Positions 47,371-59,368 of a stretch of DNA of 64,000 bases are shown in pieces (position 1 is the first letter of the stretch; each line of letters begins with the position of its first letter). This stretch comes from Lepidodermella squamata (lineage: Eukaryota > Animalia > Gastrotricha): contig JBLDXI010000046.1 in assembly GCA_047495785.1 (NCBI GenBank), positions 868,001 to 932,000 of the forward strand, read 5' to 3'. Below the pieces are notes generated by a model. It made no database searches. It saw only the letters and a program-made list of their open reading frames with translations, and was not told where the DNA came from. The position numbers and the translations under genes were made by a program.

Positions 47371-48072
47371 ATGTCTATAAAATGGCTTGTTTTCAGCGTG
47401 CTTCTCTCGGCAGCTGGGATTTTCGCTTCAATCGACTCGAATTCAGCTTTTAGCTGTGTTCAAACCGTTCAGAACTTGGAATGTGAGCACGTACCCGTCG
47501 ATGACGGGGACCATTACATCAATTGTACGTGGGAAGACGTGCCTGGTATGATCAATACTGCTTATATGATCACTCATTACGCGAAAACAGCGCGTAAGCT
47601 CGAGAAGAAGCGATCTTCCTCGGAAATCGTCGCAGAACAAACTCATTCATTCAACGTTCGCGCAACTGCTTTCGACACCTATTTCCAGGTTATTGTAACT
47701 GGGTACAACTCGTCGCGAGGCTCTCATCCGCTCAATTCCTGCGGAGAGGCTCTTTCTGTCTATGTCGTCGACACCTGGCAAGCCTTTCTCATGCTGGCTG
47801 TTGTTGTAGGAGGTGGCATGGCCCTGTTACTGGTCATGGCTATCATAACAGGCGCAATCTATCATTTTGACCTGATTCACAATGCCTGTGCTTTTTCTGT
47901 GTCAAAAATGTGCGACATGCTGGCTAACGTCATTAAAGCTGTGGAAGTGGATCGCCGCATCCGCAGATGCAAACGCGATTCCTGCAAGCAGCAACAACAG
48001 CGTCAAATTGTGACAGTGCAGATGCAGCAGCCAATGTGTGCATGTCGTAATCAGACATATTTCGATGTTTAG
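47371..48072 (+). CDS. Small type I membrane protein with one FN3-like domain, paralog 2 (intronless)
   Basis: Signal peptide; CVQTVQNLEC...INCTWED...YMITHY; TM helix; Cys/Gln-rich tail. Confidence 0.8.
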   Translation: MSIKWLVFSVLLSAAGIFASIDSNSAFSCVQTVQNLECEHVPVDDGDHYINCTWEDVPGMINTAYMITHYAKTARKLEKKRSSSEIVAEQTHSFNVRATAFDTYFQVIVTGYNSSRGSHPLNSCGEALSVYVVDTWQAFLMLAVVVGGGMALLLVMAIITGAIYHFDLIHNACAFSVSKMCDMLANVIKAVEVDRRIRRCKRDSCKQQQQRQIVTVQMQQPMCACRNQTYFDV

Positions 48073-48247
48073 CTGTTGATAATAAAACGGTAATATCAGC
48101 TAATGATAACAGAACAAGTGCGCGCAAACACGGTGTTGTTTGTGACGCGATATCTCTAACTGAGTGTTATCTGAAAAATGGGGGTTTTATCGCAATCAAA
48201 GGGCGTCGGTCAGCGCCTGGCCGCAACTGGCCACTTTACACTAAACC

Positions 48248-48975
48248 ATGTTGCCGCTAATTCTCGCCGTTTTCTCTCTGCTCCCCGGGGTACTGACTGA
48301 CAGCTACGGTATAGAAGACGCTGGAAATTACATCGACTGCACCAAGTCTGTTCAAAACCTGTTTTGCTCCGCTATCCAAACTAGCGAAGATGACACGCGC
48401 ATCCGCTGTACTTGGGACAACGCACTCGGCGTAGAGAATAAAGTCTACTATTTGACGTACTACTGGTACTTGTCTAATCACAGCCAGTCCGCAACTTACA
48501 GCCGGTTGTTCCGAACCTTCCAACGCACGGAAAATTACTACGAAGTGCGCGTTCCTTACACGAGCGCTTATTATTACGTAAAAATGAAAAATCCACCTTA
48601 ATCATTCAATATAATGACATTTTTTGTACTTTCTAGATAACGGTGAGTGGTGACTATTCTGACCCAGGCCGCGGTCAGAATGTAGCGTGCGGCGAGCTGT
48701 TTCCGCTGTTTGTCGACGATTTCAATGCGTTCAAGCCGTGGCACCTCACCCCGCTTCAAATAACAGTCGGCGTTCTGGTTGTCATGTTTGTCGGCATTGT
48801 TTTCATTTCTCTTGGCCTCGCCATTGTAGACGTTCAGGATTCGAAGAAGAGGCTAATGAAAAATACCGCTGTACCGCCGGCTAGTGTGCCGTGCGACGTA
48901 GAAAAGCCGCGTGATCCTGTTGTATTCACGGTGTTTCCTTCGGATTATTTCGCGAAAAAAATGGAGGACGCATAA
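48248..48975 (+). CDS. Small type I membrane protein with one FN3-like domain, paralog 3 (intron 48578-48636)
   Basis: Signal peptide; CTKSVQNLFC...IRCTWDN...YYLTYY; TM helix. Confidence 0.78.
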
Positions 48976-49688
48976 CGAACGACACGCACGCATCGAACTT
49001 GAGCGTCATTCACGTGAACAAGCATTGTGCATAATGTGCCTTTCAATCAGCTACAATTAGCATATTATTTTCGTGATTATATTCGCTATATAGAAATCCA
49101 ATAAAAATTCACCTGAGCAGTAACCCGCCTCTATAATACTTCCCACTATACAAATTGCTATAAACTGAAATATTTCTCACTAAAACGATAGCACAGAGTT
49201 TTGAAGGGTTAAAATGGATCCTAAATATTTCAGTACACATTCATCTGAGCTCTGCATCAATTTATTTCAACAACTTTGCCTGTGTTTAATCACCAGATAT
49301 TGCGAAGGGCCGAAGTCTGTTCTAAGTGTTCAAGTTGGTCTCTCTGGACTCTGGGTTTTTATTCTAACACCTCTGAGATATGACAATGCTTTGGTCGAAC
49401 ACCCTGGATCACGTGTTCTCCAACATACAGAAAGAAAAACCATCAACAGACTGTTCGCTTTTACATGATTTTCCTGAATTCGGCCAATTCGGCCAATTTG
49501 TTTACAAACCTCAAAAACTACATCTTCCTTGTTTCAGCTGGAAATGTTTATTCTTTCAAAAAATGTAAAAACACAGATAATCACAACAATCCAAAAAAAC
49601 ATTTAAAAATTCATTTTTCAATCATTCAGTAGTTAGAAATCAGTATTTAGACAGTTTTGTGCAAATATTGAGCATAAAATGTAACTTT

Positions 49689-52600
49689 TCAGCAAAATAA
49701 TACTGCTTCATCTGGCGAGAGTCTCAATTTCCGCGGCTGCTCCCTGCTCTGGTGTTCCTTCTCCAAGTCAGCTAACGATTTTCCAGCACTATTCAACGCC
49801 TCCTCCTGCCTGCGATCGAACCCCAGCAAAAACGCAACAACCCGCGCGTGGCCCTTGGCCGCCGCTAAATGCACCGGCAAATCGCCCGCCCTGTCCAAAA
49901 TCATCAACTGCGCGCCGTTTTTCATCAACAGCTTTACAACGCGCAAAAAACCGCCGCGAGCCGCGTGATGCAACGCAGACCGCCCGTCGATATCGCGCTC
50001 ATTCACAACAGCCTGGTTTTTGCCTAACAACAACTCAACAACATCACCCTGGCCGTACCTCGCCGCGATTATGAGGGGGGTTTCTTTTAATTTAGTGGTT
50101 TCAAGTGAGTAAGTCAAATCGTGGCGTAGCATAGCCTCAACAACGCGTAAATGCCCGGCTGAGGCTGCGAAGTGAACCGCGCCCCATTGTTGGTTCTCTG
50201 ACACTTGTTCAAACCCGTTAACGTTGCAAGTAAATAACAAAAATTCAACAACCCGATCGTGGCCGTTCGACCCGGCGTGCATCAGTGCCGTCATGCCGTT
50301 ACGGTCTCGGAAGTCGGTTAAGCAGCGAGCGTGTTCTGATCGGACGTAAGACGTGAGGAATTTAATGAATTCCAAATCGCCGTCTCGAGCTGCGAGCGAC
50401 AATCTACGACCCAGGCGGTGAAGCGTATCGGCGTTGCGTTTCACGTCGGCCATTCGCTGGATTAAGGCGGATGAGATTGTAGATTCGGCGTCGAATTCGA
50501 TTGGTCCATTAACGATGCTTGTGACCAAATTTGCGCATCGTAGGATCTAAAGAATAGAGAATCTTAAATCGAAACTCTTTTCAATTTGTGTTTTAATTTA
50601 ACTGCAAAATTATTCCACTTGAACGGAAAAGTTGAATTTGAATTTAGAAATTTCAAGTTTCAATTTTTTTCAAATTTGAATTGTCATTTTAAATCAAATT
50701 CAAATTTAAATTTTCAAATTTTTTCGAAATTTACGAGAAAATGCTGGAAATTTCCGATTATTCTAGAATTTTTATATCATCAGCTCCGTTTCGCTCCGTC
50801 AAATGCGCCTAGTGTCTGTCAACCCCTGGACGTCGCCTTTTTCGGCCGCCTGAGTGGCGGACGATTCTCCAGGACTGGAAGCTGAACAATCGATCCCAAA
50901 AAGCTCTAGCGAAAAGCGATTTTCCAGGACCGTTTCGAAGCTAATCAAAGCTATCACGTAAAACCAGAACTTCAAGCTATTTTACGAGAATCGAGAAATC
51001 ACATTGTGTGGGACTCCGAAGGGCGCAAATTCAAGGGCCACTGCGGTGACGGAAGGTTCGAGGCGTGATGCTTACATCGGTCGAATGGAGCCGAATGACG
51101 ACAGACTTGCCAAACATCCCATCTCAGAAAAATAAAAAATCGTTGACGAACAATGATTTCCGCATTCATTCGTGAATCTGAATCTTCTGAATATTGATAT
51201 TGCTCAATAATATTCAATACCGTCGTTTGGGGCGAATTTGTCGAAAATTGATTTGATCAGATTATTTTTGATGGCTCGAAGACTATTCGTCTGATTTCAG
51301 TGAAAGTTTGAGCAGGCAATATTCAACGGACCCCTACATCTCCAGAAATGTTCAGTCAGTTATGTCCCAAAATGAGTTATGTCGCAGCATGGCGAAAAAT
51401 CGTTCAAAAAGTATCTTTCCAGCCTTCGCAAGTTTAAAAACCTAGCTACTGCTGGCGATGAACTTCAGGGACCTCATCATCCAGAGCGACTTACGCGCAT
51501 GGAAGGAAGCGTGGAGAGCAGGCGATAAAAATCCATTGCCCCCAAGAATTCTGACCTAATGGACCTTATTGTGCGCCTGCGCACTTTTCCTGTCGCAACT
51601 GCCGAGTGCGAGCGCGGGTTCTCAACAATGAATTTGATCCACACTGATCAGCGAAATCGCCTGAAAGTTACTGTTGTTTCACCGGAAAACGTCGAAAACG
51701 TAGCAGTACAACGCCTTGAAAACGCCTTGCCGCTGCTTACAACTCTTTGAAGAAAGCTACAGGTGATTGGAACGGCCCTAATCCTGCAATCCAGCTTCAT
51801 CCTACGTTTTCGTGACTGCCTTCAACAGTTACTTCAAGGGCAAGGAATGGAACTTCAAGCGGCGGAGCAATCGGGCGATCAAGTTTCGAACGGGCAAGGT
51901 GGTCGATCAAAGGCGACTTGAACTTGTGTGGGCTTTCGGAACTAATTGCAACTACGAAATTTCAGGCCGATGCCACGCCCAGGCAATCCTCGGAAGACAC
52001 CAAAATTGGTGATTGTGGCGAATGATTCCGAAGACTCGATTCAACTACAAATTCTGAGCTCGTTCCTCTCAACTGCAACTGCGTCGACTAAGAACTGTCG
52101 AATAAGACTCCCCCACCTGCTGCTAAAGCTTTCGGGCCTGTCGATTCATACCCGCCCCAATATACGCTACGGCGTTTAGTTTGAGCTATTTCATTTCATG
52201 ATCGCTGTATTAAGTAAAACTTCATCTGCTGAATACTCAAGAAAATGATCCGCTTGCCCGCAGAGACTCATGGTTCGATTATACAGGCCTTGATCGAAGC
52301 CATCTCAAATTCAAGTAAAATACCAAGAAAGAATCGTCAACCTGGGGTTACCGCTCAAAAATGCTCGAATTACGGTTTAACTCAATTTTCAAAAAAATCA
52401 ACAAAAATCTGATTTATGTATATCGTTCCAGTTTCGATAAAAAATTATAAAAATTATTTGAAATCCCAATATTCATTAAACAAAAATTAAAAATTATTAA
52501 AATAAAATTATATTTTAATTTTTAAATTCAATTTTTAAATCAATTTTTAAAATCAATGGCGAACTAATTAAAATTCAATTATAAAATTACAAGTTCAACT

Positions 52601-53223
52601 GAATAATTGCCCGAAGTTTTATAAAAGGAATTTTCCTGTAAAAATGGTCATAATTCGTAGTAAAATTACCGATTCACGTTTCGTGGTTGCCACGGCGTGG
52701 CTTTCTGCTAGCTCCAGCAACTTTCCCCTCGATTCCGCCTTGGAACAGCAGTTTTTCAAACCCGCGATAATTTCCCGCAATTTCTCGCCATCGGCCTCGG
52801 CTCGTTGAAGCTGGTTCCTCGCCTCGTGTAGGCTGTCCTTCGCCGAATCGCGCACGTCCTGCCGCAGCTGCTGGCAAACCTTGGCGACTTCATCGCAAAC
52901 TTCACGCTGTAGAGTGTCAAGCTTCGATATCATCTCTTGCATCTCATCGCTTACATAGCCCTTCAACGTTAAATACGCCTCCTTGGATGATTTCGGCGCC
53001 TTTCCAACCTAAAAACAAAATGGAAAAGTAGTTTTTATAAAGAAAATTTCGTAATACCAAATAAGCGTATAAGCTTATAAATAATGGAAAATAGAAGTCT
53101 TATTTTCAGCGGGATTTCAATTTCTTAAAATGATAAAAAAATTATTCATATTTTAGGGGAATTCCGCAATTTAATTCTCAAAAATTCAAAAAAAATCCTA
53201 AAATTTACTTGTTCAATGGACAT
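49689..53223 (-). CDS. Coiled-coil plus ankyrin-repeat protein (exons 53209-53223, 52670-53008, 49689-50546)
   Basis: Phase-0 GT-AG splices join MSIEQ, a heptad-rich exon and about 6 ankyrin repeats in frame; the first exon is less certain. Confidence 0.75.
50780..50960 (+). mobile_element. pogo/Tigger (DDE_1) transposase fragment in an intron
   Basis: PSNAPSVCQPLDVAFFG matches the PxNxTxxxQPLD motif; frameshifted. Confidence 0.7.
51430..51690 (+). mobile_element. hAT transposase C-terminal dimerization-domain fragment in an intron
   Basis: TFPVATAECERGFSTMNLIHTDQRNRL. Confidence 0.8.
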
Positions 53224-54547
53224 TTTTTAAATTTCCCTCTCCCCGTCCCTCCTCAAGCAGGAAACTTCGCGAAATGGAGGAACCCGACTTTCAACAATTC
53301 TGGGGGAGACTAAAATCGACGAATTTTTGCAATGTTGCAAAACTTATCGTATTAGTTGTTCCGAAATTCCCCAGCAAATAATCGTTGCTAGGATAAAACT
53401 CTTGGGGAAAGCTTGGCCGTGTGCAACGAGCTCGCTTCTCAAGAAAATCCATCAGCTCTAGAAATCTATGAAAAATCTGAATCAGTTGATGATATCGTCA
53501 ATCTATGGCTCGTGGTCCAGGGTCTCTTTCCAAAATGTGACACTGAAGCGTGGCTGGATGCATAAGCCAGTGATAGATCTCAAGCCCCGTCCTTTCTAAG
53601 GCAGATACTTTTGGTATCGCGATCTCGCTGACTTCCTCCTAGCTCCTGGTTACCTCGAGCTAGCAACAGGTGGAATTTTCGAAAGCTACGACAATCTAAA
53701 AAACAACTGGATACCTGTTTTCTCCGGTTCATACGAGGAAGCCCATGTTGTCCTAGGTAATAAGGGCCCTTTGTTTCGGCAGCGAGGAGGCAAGAGGTTG
53801 TTACGTTGAGTATTATGGCTTCGTCGTAAAAATGGCAAGCAAATTTGCTGAGCTGAAGTAAAAGTTGATCACGGCGAAACGACCAAAGTTTACGACAATG
53901 ACATTCCTCACCGGCACCCAAAAGAACCGGCGCCACTGCAATACTCTAGGTCATGCGCTAGCAATCGGCAGCGCTATGGTGGCTGATTCGAGTTAGGTAA
54001 TTTATGGCGTTTCATCAAGAAGTCATCGACCTTAAAATCTTTCACCTAAAGCAACTTTATCGATCTCCGCGGTGGGTAAAATACCTTGGGTCGATCCAAC
54101 ACCGCAAATCTCTATGATATTTCAACTTCCAACACTAAATTATACAAGCGTCATTATTTGTACCAACAAACTAACACCGAGCCCTTGAAAAAAGTGGTCA
54201 CTCGGATGAGATGTCAATATTTCGGTCACGCTCTGCGTAGTCACTGACCGGCACCTCAACAAGCGAGCCTTGGACTGGTGCGTCCAACCTGGTGGGTAAG
54301 AAGCATACCGGGGCGAGCCGAATCACTCTTCCACAAACTCTATCGAAAGACTCACAAAAACTTAACGAATTCATGCTTTTTGCTGAACTGACGTGCCCTA
54401 TAGATGTCAATAGAAATGATCTTCTGCGCCTTTGAGAGGTAGCCTCAAACCGTGAAACGTGAAAAATGCTCAGTGATTTAATTCTGACCTCCTCGTCACT
54501 GCAGTGAAATTGTATAAATGTACACTCAATAATAATGATGCCCTCGG

Positions 54548-54962
54548 CAGTGCTTTGGATTTGATTTGATTTGATTTAGACCCTATTTTCACTGATTTAG
54601 ATTTAAAATGATTGATTTACACGGGGAAGCATTTTGATTTGATTGATTTTGATTTAGCCATGGTGGCGCAATCGAAAAACTTGATAACGCGAAACCAAGA
54701 TCTCTCCTCCTTTTTGATGAAATTTTACTATGGAAAGGGACAGTTACTTCAAATTCGCGTTATTTCAATCATTTCTTGAAACTTCCAAGCCCCCAGCTTC
54801 TTGAAAATCCCGATGATTTGCGATTTATTGTGATTTATGGTTGTCGATGATTTGATTTGATTGATTTAGTCCTGGAAAAGTGGGACAATGATTGATTTTG
54901 ATTGGTTGAAGTAGGTCCGTGATTTAAGCCGTAAATCAAATCAAATCAAATCCAAAGCTCTG
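54548..54962. mobile_element. hAT-type MITE with GATTT subterminal repeats
   Basis: TIR CAG(T/A)GCTTTGGATTTGATTTGATTTGATTTA; 8-bp TSD GCCCTCGG at 54540-54547 and 54963-54970. Confidence 0.9.
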
Positions 54963-55148
54963 GCCCTCGGTGAACCTAGGATTTTCTATTTTAGCTACAT
55001 AATATAGCCCTAAGCTACGTAGAAAAATTATCGATGTTGGGTTCCACGACGGCTGATATCGGGAAAATCACTGATTTGTAAAATCGATACTTGGAATCGA
55101 TATCGGCTCTATAAGATTAAGTAAAATTCATAAAATTTCGCAACTTAC

Positions 55149-55280
55149 GTCTTGATTCATTGAAGATATTTCTGTTTTCAGCTGTAAAACGTGAGTCTCT
55201 ATTTCGTCTCTCGTCAACACAGCTTCGCAATGCGGACACTCAATCGATTCAGCTTCAGGCGGTTCAATCTTCTCCGACAT
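55149..55280 (-). CDS. Putative first exon encoding a CPHC...H zinc-finger-like peptide
   Basis: Runs from ATG to a strong GTAAGT donor, 44 codons: MSEKIEPPEAESIECPHCEAVLTRDEIETHVLQLKTEISSMNQD. Confidence 0.5.
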
Positions 55281-55390
55281 TCACGATGAGATCACAAAAA
55301 AATAAAACTATCTAAAATTTCAAAATTAAAACGAAAATCAGAAATTCACGTATGGTTATTAATTTCGCTTTTCATTTTATTTACGAAAAA

Positions 55391-56869
55391 TTATTGGCAG
55401 TCACTATCGTCATCAGAAAAATAATTCGATTCAGATTTCTCGGTCAAGCCATTTTCTTCAGCCCATTCGTCATCGGAATTGTGGTCGCTATTTCCAGCTA
55501 AATGAGGTTCGATTTCTTCATACGTTTTGTTTTGCTTATTGGTAATTTTCGCGATTTCTGGGAATTTTTCCAGAAAATATTGCTCCAACTCGCGAATACC
55601 ACACCGCCGCACTCGGTGCAAAATCGTATCGCCGTTTTCGTCTTGAAATTTCGCATCGAAATTATGGCCAAAAATTAATTTGACCAACTCGATTTTTCCG
55701 TAATATTTAGCCCGATCGGCTGTATTTACCATATCATCACACAAATAATCCCAACATAATTGCGGTTCATACGCTTTCAACGCATCAACTTTCCGAGAAA
55801 AATCTTCGATATCCATTGAATCATCGCAATTAAACGGGCGAAAATCGGCAAAAATTGGATCGAGCAATTTTTCGCGAAAATGTTCATCCGACGATTTTTC
55901 CAGGGTCGATATGATACATTGAACCAAATCAACATCGCCAGTTGCCGACGCTAAATGCAACCAAACAGCGTCACGAGCCAAATCTAGCGGCGAAATTTTC
56001 AACCCATTTTCGACCAAAAATTTCAGGATAGAAGTTCGACCGGCTCGAACAGCGAAATCGACGGCTGATTTTCTAATTTCAACCTGTTTTTCTTTGATTA
56101 AAATTTCAAGAATTTCTTGATCGCCAGCTTTGATGGCTAAATCGACCAAATTCGCCGGCCGGCCGTCGATTTTCATTTCCGATTGCAAAAGCGCCGGGAA
56201 TTTTTCGGTGAAATATTTGAAAATTTCACGCCGCTGAGTTTTTGAGGTCAATTTTTGGCACAAAATCGCCGCATGAATTGCCAAATGTTCGCTTTTGCTT
56301 GAACTCGCTAAGAACGGGTCGGCTCCAAGTTGTTCGATTAAAAATTCGACCATTTCCAAATTCCCAGAATAAGCCGCTGAGTGAAGAATCGGACTTCCGT
56401 TTCGAATCAATTCCATTTTTGGCTGCATTAAAATTTTATCCGGTCGAATATTGGCGAGAAATTTCTTCGTCGGCTCGTTTAGACCAGGCCGGGATAGCAA
56501 ATTTTTCAGGGCCGAAAATCCGCCGTCGAGATGCGGTTCTTCCGGGAAAAGCGCCGCGATATCAGCCGGGATCTTTCGGAGTTTTCGTCAAATTATTGGA
56601 AAAATTCGATTATTTTATCGCGATCTCACCTTCCCAAGCCAGCGGCCGGTACAATCCTCAGCCGATGCGATTTCGCCGTCGATGCTGAGATATTCTTTAG
56701 CTAATTTGTCCCAGTCTTCTTCTGTGGTTGCCACTGATAATTGAGGTTGAATTTTGGCGAGGAAGGAATCGACTTCCGCGTTCAAGCTCGGGTCTCTCAG
56801 CCGTTTCAGTCGCTCAGGAAAACCAGTTTCCATTAAATTTATGACGCATTTGAGCTCTTGAATGCCCAT
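55391..56869 (-). pseudogene. Ankyrin-repeat array member 1 (disrupted)
   Basis: Homologous to 57570-59111 over its full length; two stops and a frameshift at ~56580-56620. Confidence 0.85.
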
Positions 56870-57569
56870 TTGTCAAATAGAATAAAAATCTAGATCTGTG
56901 GTAGAGAAACACAATCAAAATGATTTGAAATTTTTTAGTTTTCAGTAGCTTGAAGTTTCTATTTCTCGAGCTGCAGAAAAATGTAAGCGAATTTTTCCAA
57001 AAATTTGAAAAATCTTGATTTAACAAATTTCGAAATGAGATTTTGTTTGGTTTCAAACGTTAATACTGCTAAGAGATACGAGTTTGCAAGAAATTAGAAC
57101 GAGATAAATAGAATTCAAGTCCATATTAGAGAGATGAACGGAAAACCAGCATCAAATTCCGCATTTTCGGCTCATTTTTGCATATATAATAAGTTAACCT
57201 AAAATAGAAGACAATGACAACATTTTTCGATTATTTTATTTTCACACACTTTTCGAGAATTTTCTTCCTTTGAATTCCACCAATAAATAACCAAATGGGA
57301 GGCAGTAAAGCATTTCCTGGCTAGTTTCGAGCCCCAAACAGTTTCAGTGATGAATGAGCTAGCAAAGTGACAAACAGTTGACGTGATAAAAAAATGAGAT
57401 AACCAGCGATATTTCAGGATAAAAAGAATGGAGTAATTTTTTACTACGTTTGAAATCACGTGATAAATAGCAAAAACCAGGGTATCGTGAAACAAGCAAC
57501 GAGGTTTGTTTTTTTTCAGCCTAATTTAGCTGATTAAAGAATAAAGCAGGCATCAGTCTTCGTAAAAGA

Positions 57570-59111
57570 TTAATCTTCCTCTTCCTCGCCATTATCATCA
57601 CCTTCTTCTTCTGCATCTACTTCTTCGAATTCTTCTTTCTCCTCTTGCTCGGAATCCTCCAAATCGCATTCATCGAATTCTTCTTCCTCATCTTCCGTCT
57701 GCCATTCTCCATCGGAGTGCATGTATTCGGGGTAGAGTGGTTCAATCATCTTGTAAATTTTCCCTTTCTTGTTTTTAATTTTCGCCAAAGCCGGGCATTT
57801 TTCCAAGAGAAACCTAACAATTTCGGGTAAATCATGACGACGCGCTTTGTGAAGAATCGTATTGCCCCTTTCCTCATCCTGAGTCGTCAAATCGACCCCT
57901 TTTTCGACCAAAATCTCGAGAAGTTGCCGTTTTCCGGCATATTTTGCCGCGCTCGCTGCATCCATCATATCATCGCAATAGTAATTCCAAAACGAGAAAG
58001 GATCTTGATTTTTTAAAGCATGAGCCCGACGAGAGAAACCATCAGTTTCATCGTAGTAATGATCTTCATTGTCCCCGTGAAGCGGCCAAAAATCTGCGAA
58101 AATCTTATGGAGCAATTGCGGAGCTTTTTCATTGAAATTTTCCAAAATCGAAATTATGTACGGAATTAAATCAGAATCGCCCGTTCCCGACACAAAATGC
58201 AGCCAAACCGCCTCGCAATCCAAATCAAGTGCCGAGATTTTCAGCCCATTTTCGACCAAATATTTCAGGATGAAAGTCCGGCCAAGTCTTACAGCGCTGT
58301 CGAAAGCAGATTTCTTAATTTCGACCTTTTTCTCCTCGACTAATAGATCCAAAATTTCAAAATCATTCGATCTAACGGCTAAATTGATCAAATTTGCCGG
58401 CTCGCCGCGATTTTTGAACTCGGCCCGGGCAAGATCGGGGAATTTTTCGATCAGGTAATAGAAAACATCGCGACATTTCGATCTTTTAAAGTCGTCTTTA
58501 CCGTCATTCAGCGTCGAGTGAATCGCTAGATGTTCACTTCCATCCGGACTGGGCAGAAATGGATCAGCGCCAAGTTCTTCAATCAACAATTTGACCATCT
58601 TCAAATTCCCAGCCTTAGCCGCTGAGTCCAGAATCGAGCTGCCATTTCGACGAATTTCAAATTTCGGTTTAATCACAAATTTATCGGGTCGAATATTTGC
58701 GAGAAATTTGCGGGTTTCTTCCGTTAAACCAGGCCGAGATAATAGCCGATTTAAAGCCGCAAATCCGCCGTCGTCATGCGAATTTTCCGGGAAGAGTTTC
58801 GCAACATCAGTCGGAATTTTTTCGATTCTTCCCTCGTAGTATTTCTCAATTCGGTTTCGATATCTGTTGCTTTTCGGTGCCCAGCGTCCAGTGCCATTTT
58901 CAGCCGCTTCAATTTCGATGTCAATTTTCAGAAATTCAACCATTAATTTAATCCAGTCTTCATCAGTAGCTGCCGTCGTTAGCTGGGGCTGGAGTTTTGC
59001 GAGCGATGATTCGACTTCAGTGGTCAAAATTTGGTTTTTCAGCAGTTTCACACGGTCGCTGAAACCACTGTCAATAAGATTAATCAAGCACTTCAGCTCT
59101 TCAGCTGCCAT
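57570..59111 (-). CDS. Ankyrin-repeat array member 2 (intronless, acidic tail)
   Basis: ELKCLINL N-terminal domain; ankyrins (ILDSAAKAGNLKMVKLLIEELGADP, GNTILHKARRH); Glu/Asp-rich C-terminus. Confidence 0.88.
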   Translation of the reverse strand: MAAEELKCLINLIDSGFSDRVKLLKNQILTTEVESSLAKLQPQLTTAATDEDWIKLMVEFLKIDIEIEAAENGTGRWAPKSNRYRNRIEKYYEGRIEKIPTDVAKLFPENSHDDGGFAALNRLLSRPGLTEETRKFLANIRPDKFVIKPKFEIRRNGSSILDSAAKAGNLKMVKLLIEELGADPFLPSPDGSEHLAIHSTLNDGKDDFKRSKCRDVFYYLIEKFPDLARAEFKNRGEPANLINLAVRSNDFEILDLLVEEKKVEIKKSAFDSAVRLGRTFILKYLVENGLKISALDLDCEAVWLHFVSGTGDSDLIPYIISILENFNEKAPQLLHKIFADFWPLHGDNEDHYYDETDGFSRRAHALKNQDPFSFWNYYCDDMMDAASAAKYAGKRQLLEILVEKGVDLTTQDEERGNTILHKARRHDLPEIVRFLLEKCPALAKIKNKKGKIYKMIEPLYPEYMHSDGEWQTEDEEEEFDECDLEDSEQEEKEEFEEVDAEEEGDDNGEEEED

Positions 59112-59368
59112 TTTTAAAGATTAAAGTTCTACGAAAAACTTGTAAAATTCTAAATAAAATTTAAGGCGGATTTTTCATATTTTATTCTTTTTCATTTTAA
59201 TTAAATAAGGTATTTTTCATTTTTTTCGAAATTAATTTTGTTGGAAAAAATGCTAAAATTCAAAAAATTGCTACAAATTTGTAAAAAAAATAAAAATTAA
59301 AGGTTGAAAGACAAAAATATAACACAAAATTATCTATTCCCGAACGAACTGGAATTAGCGCTATCCAT

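Noticed and set aside
53380-54450. Protein-coding gene
   Set aside because: Only short broken frames with no recognisable motif.
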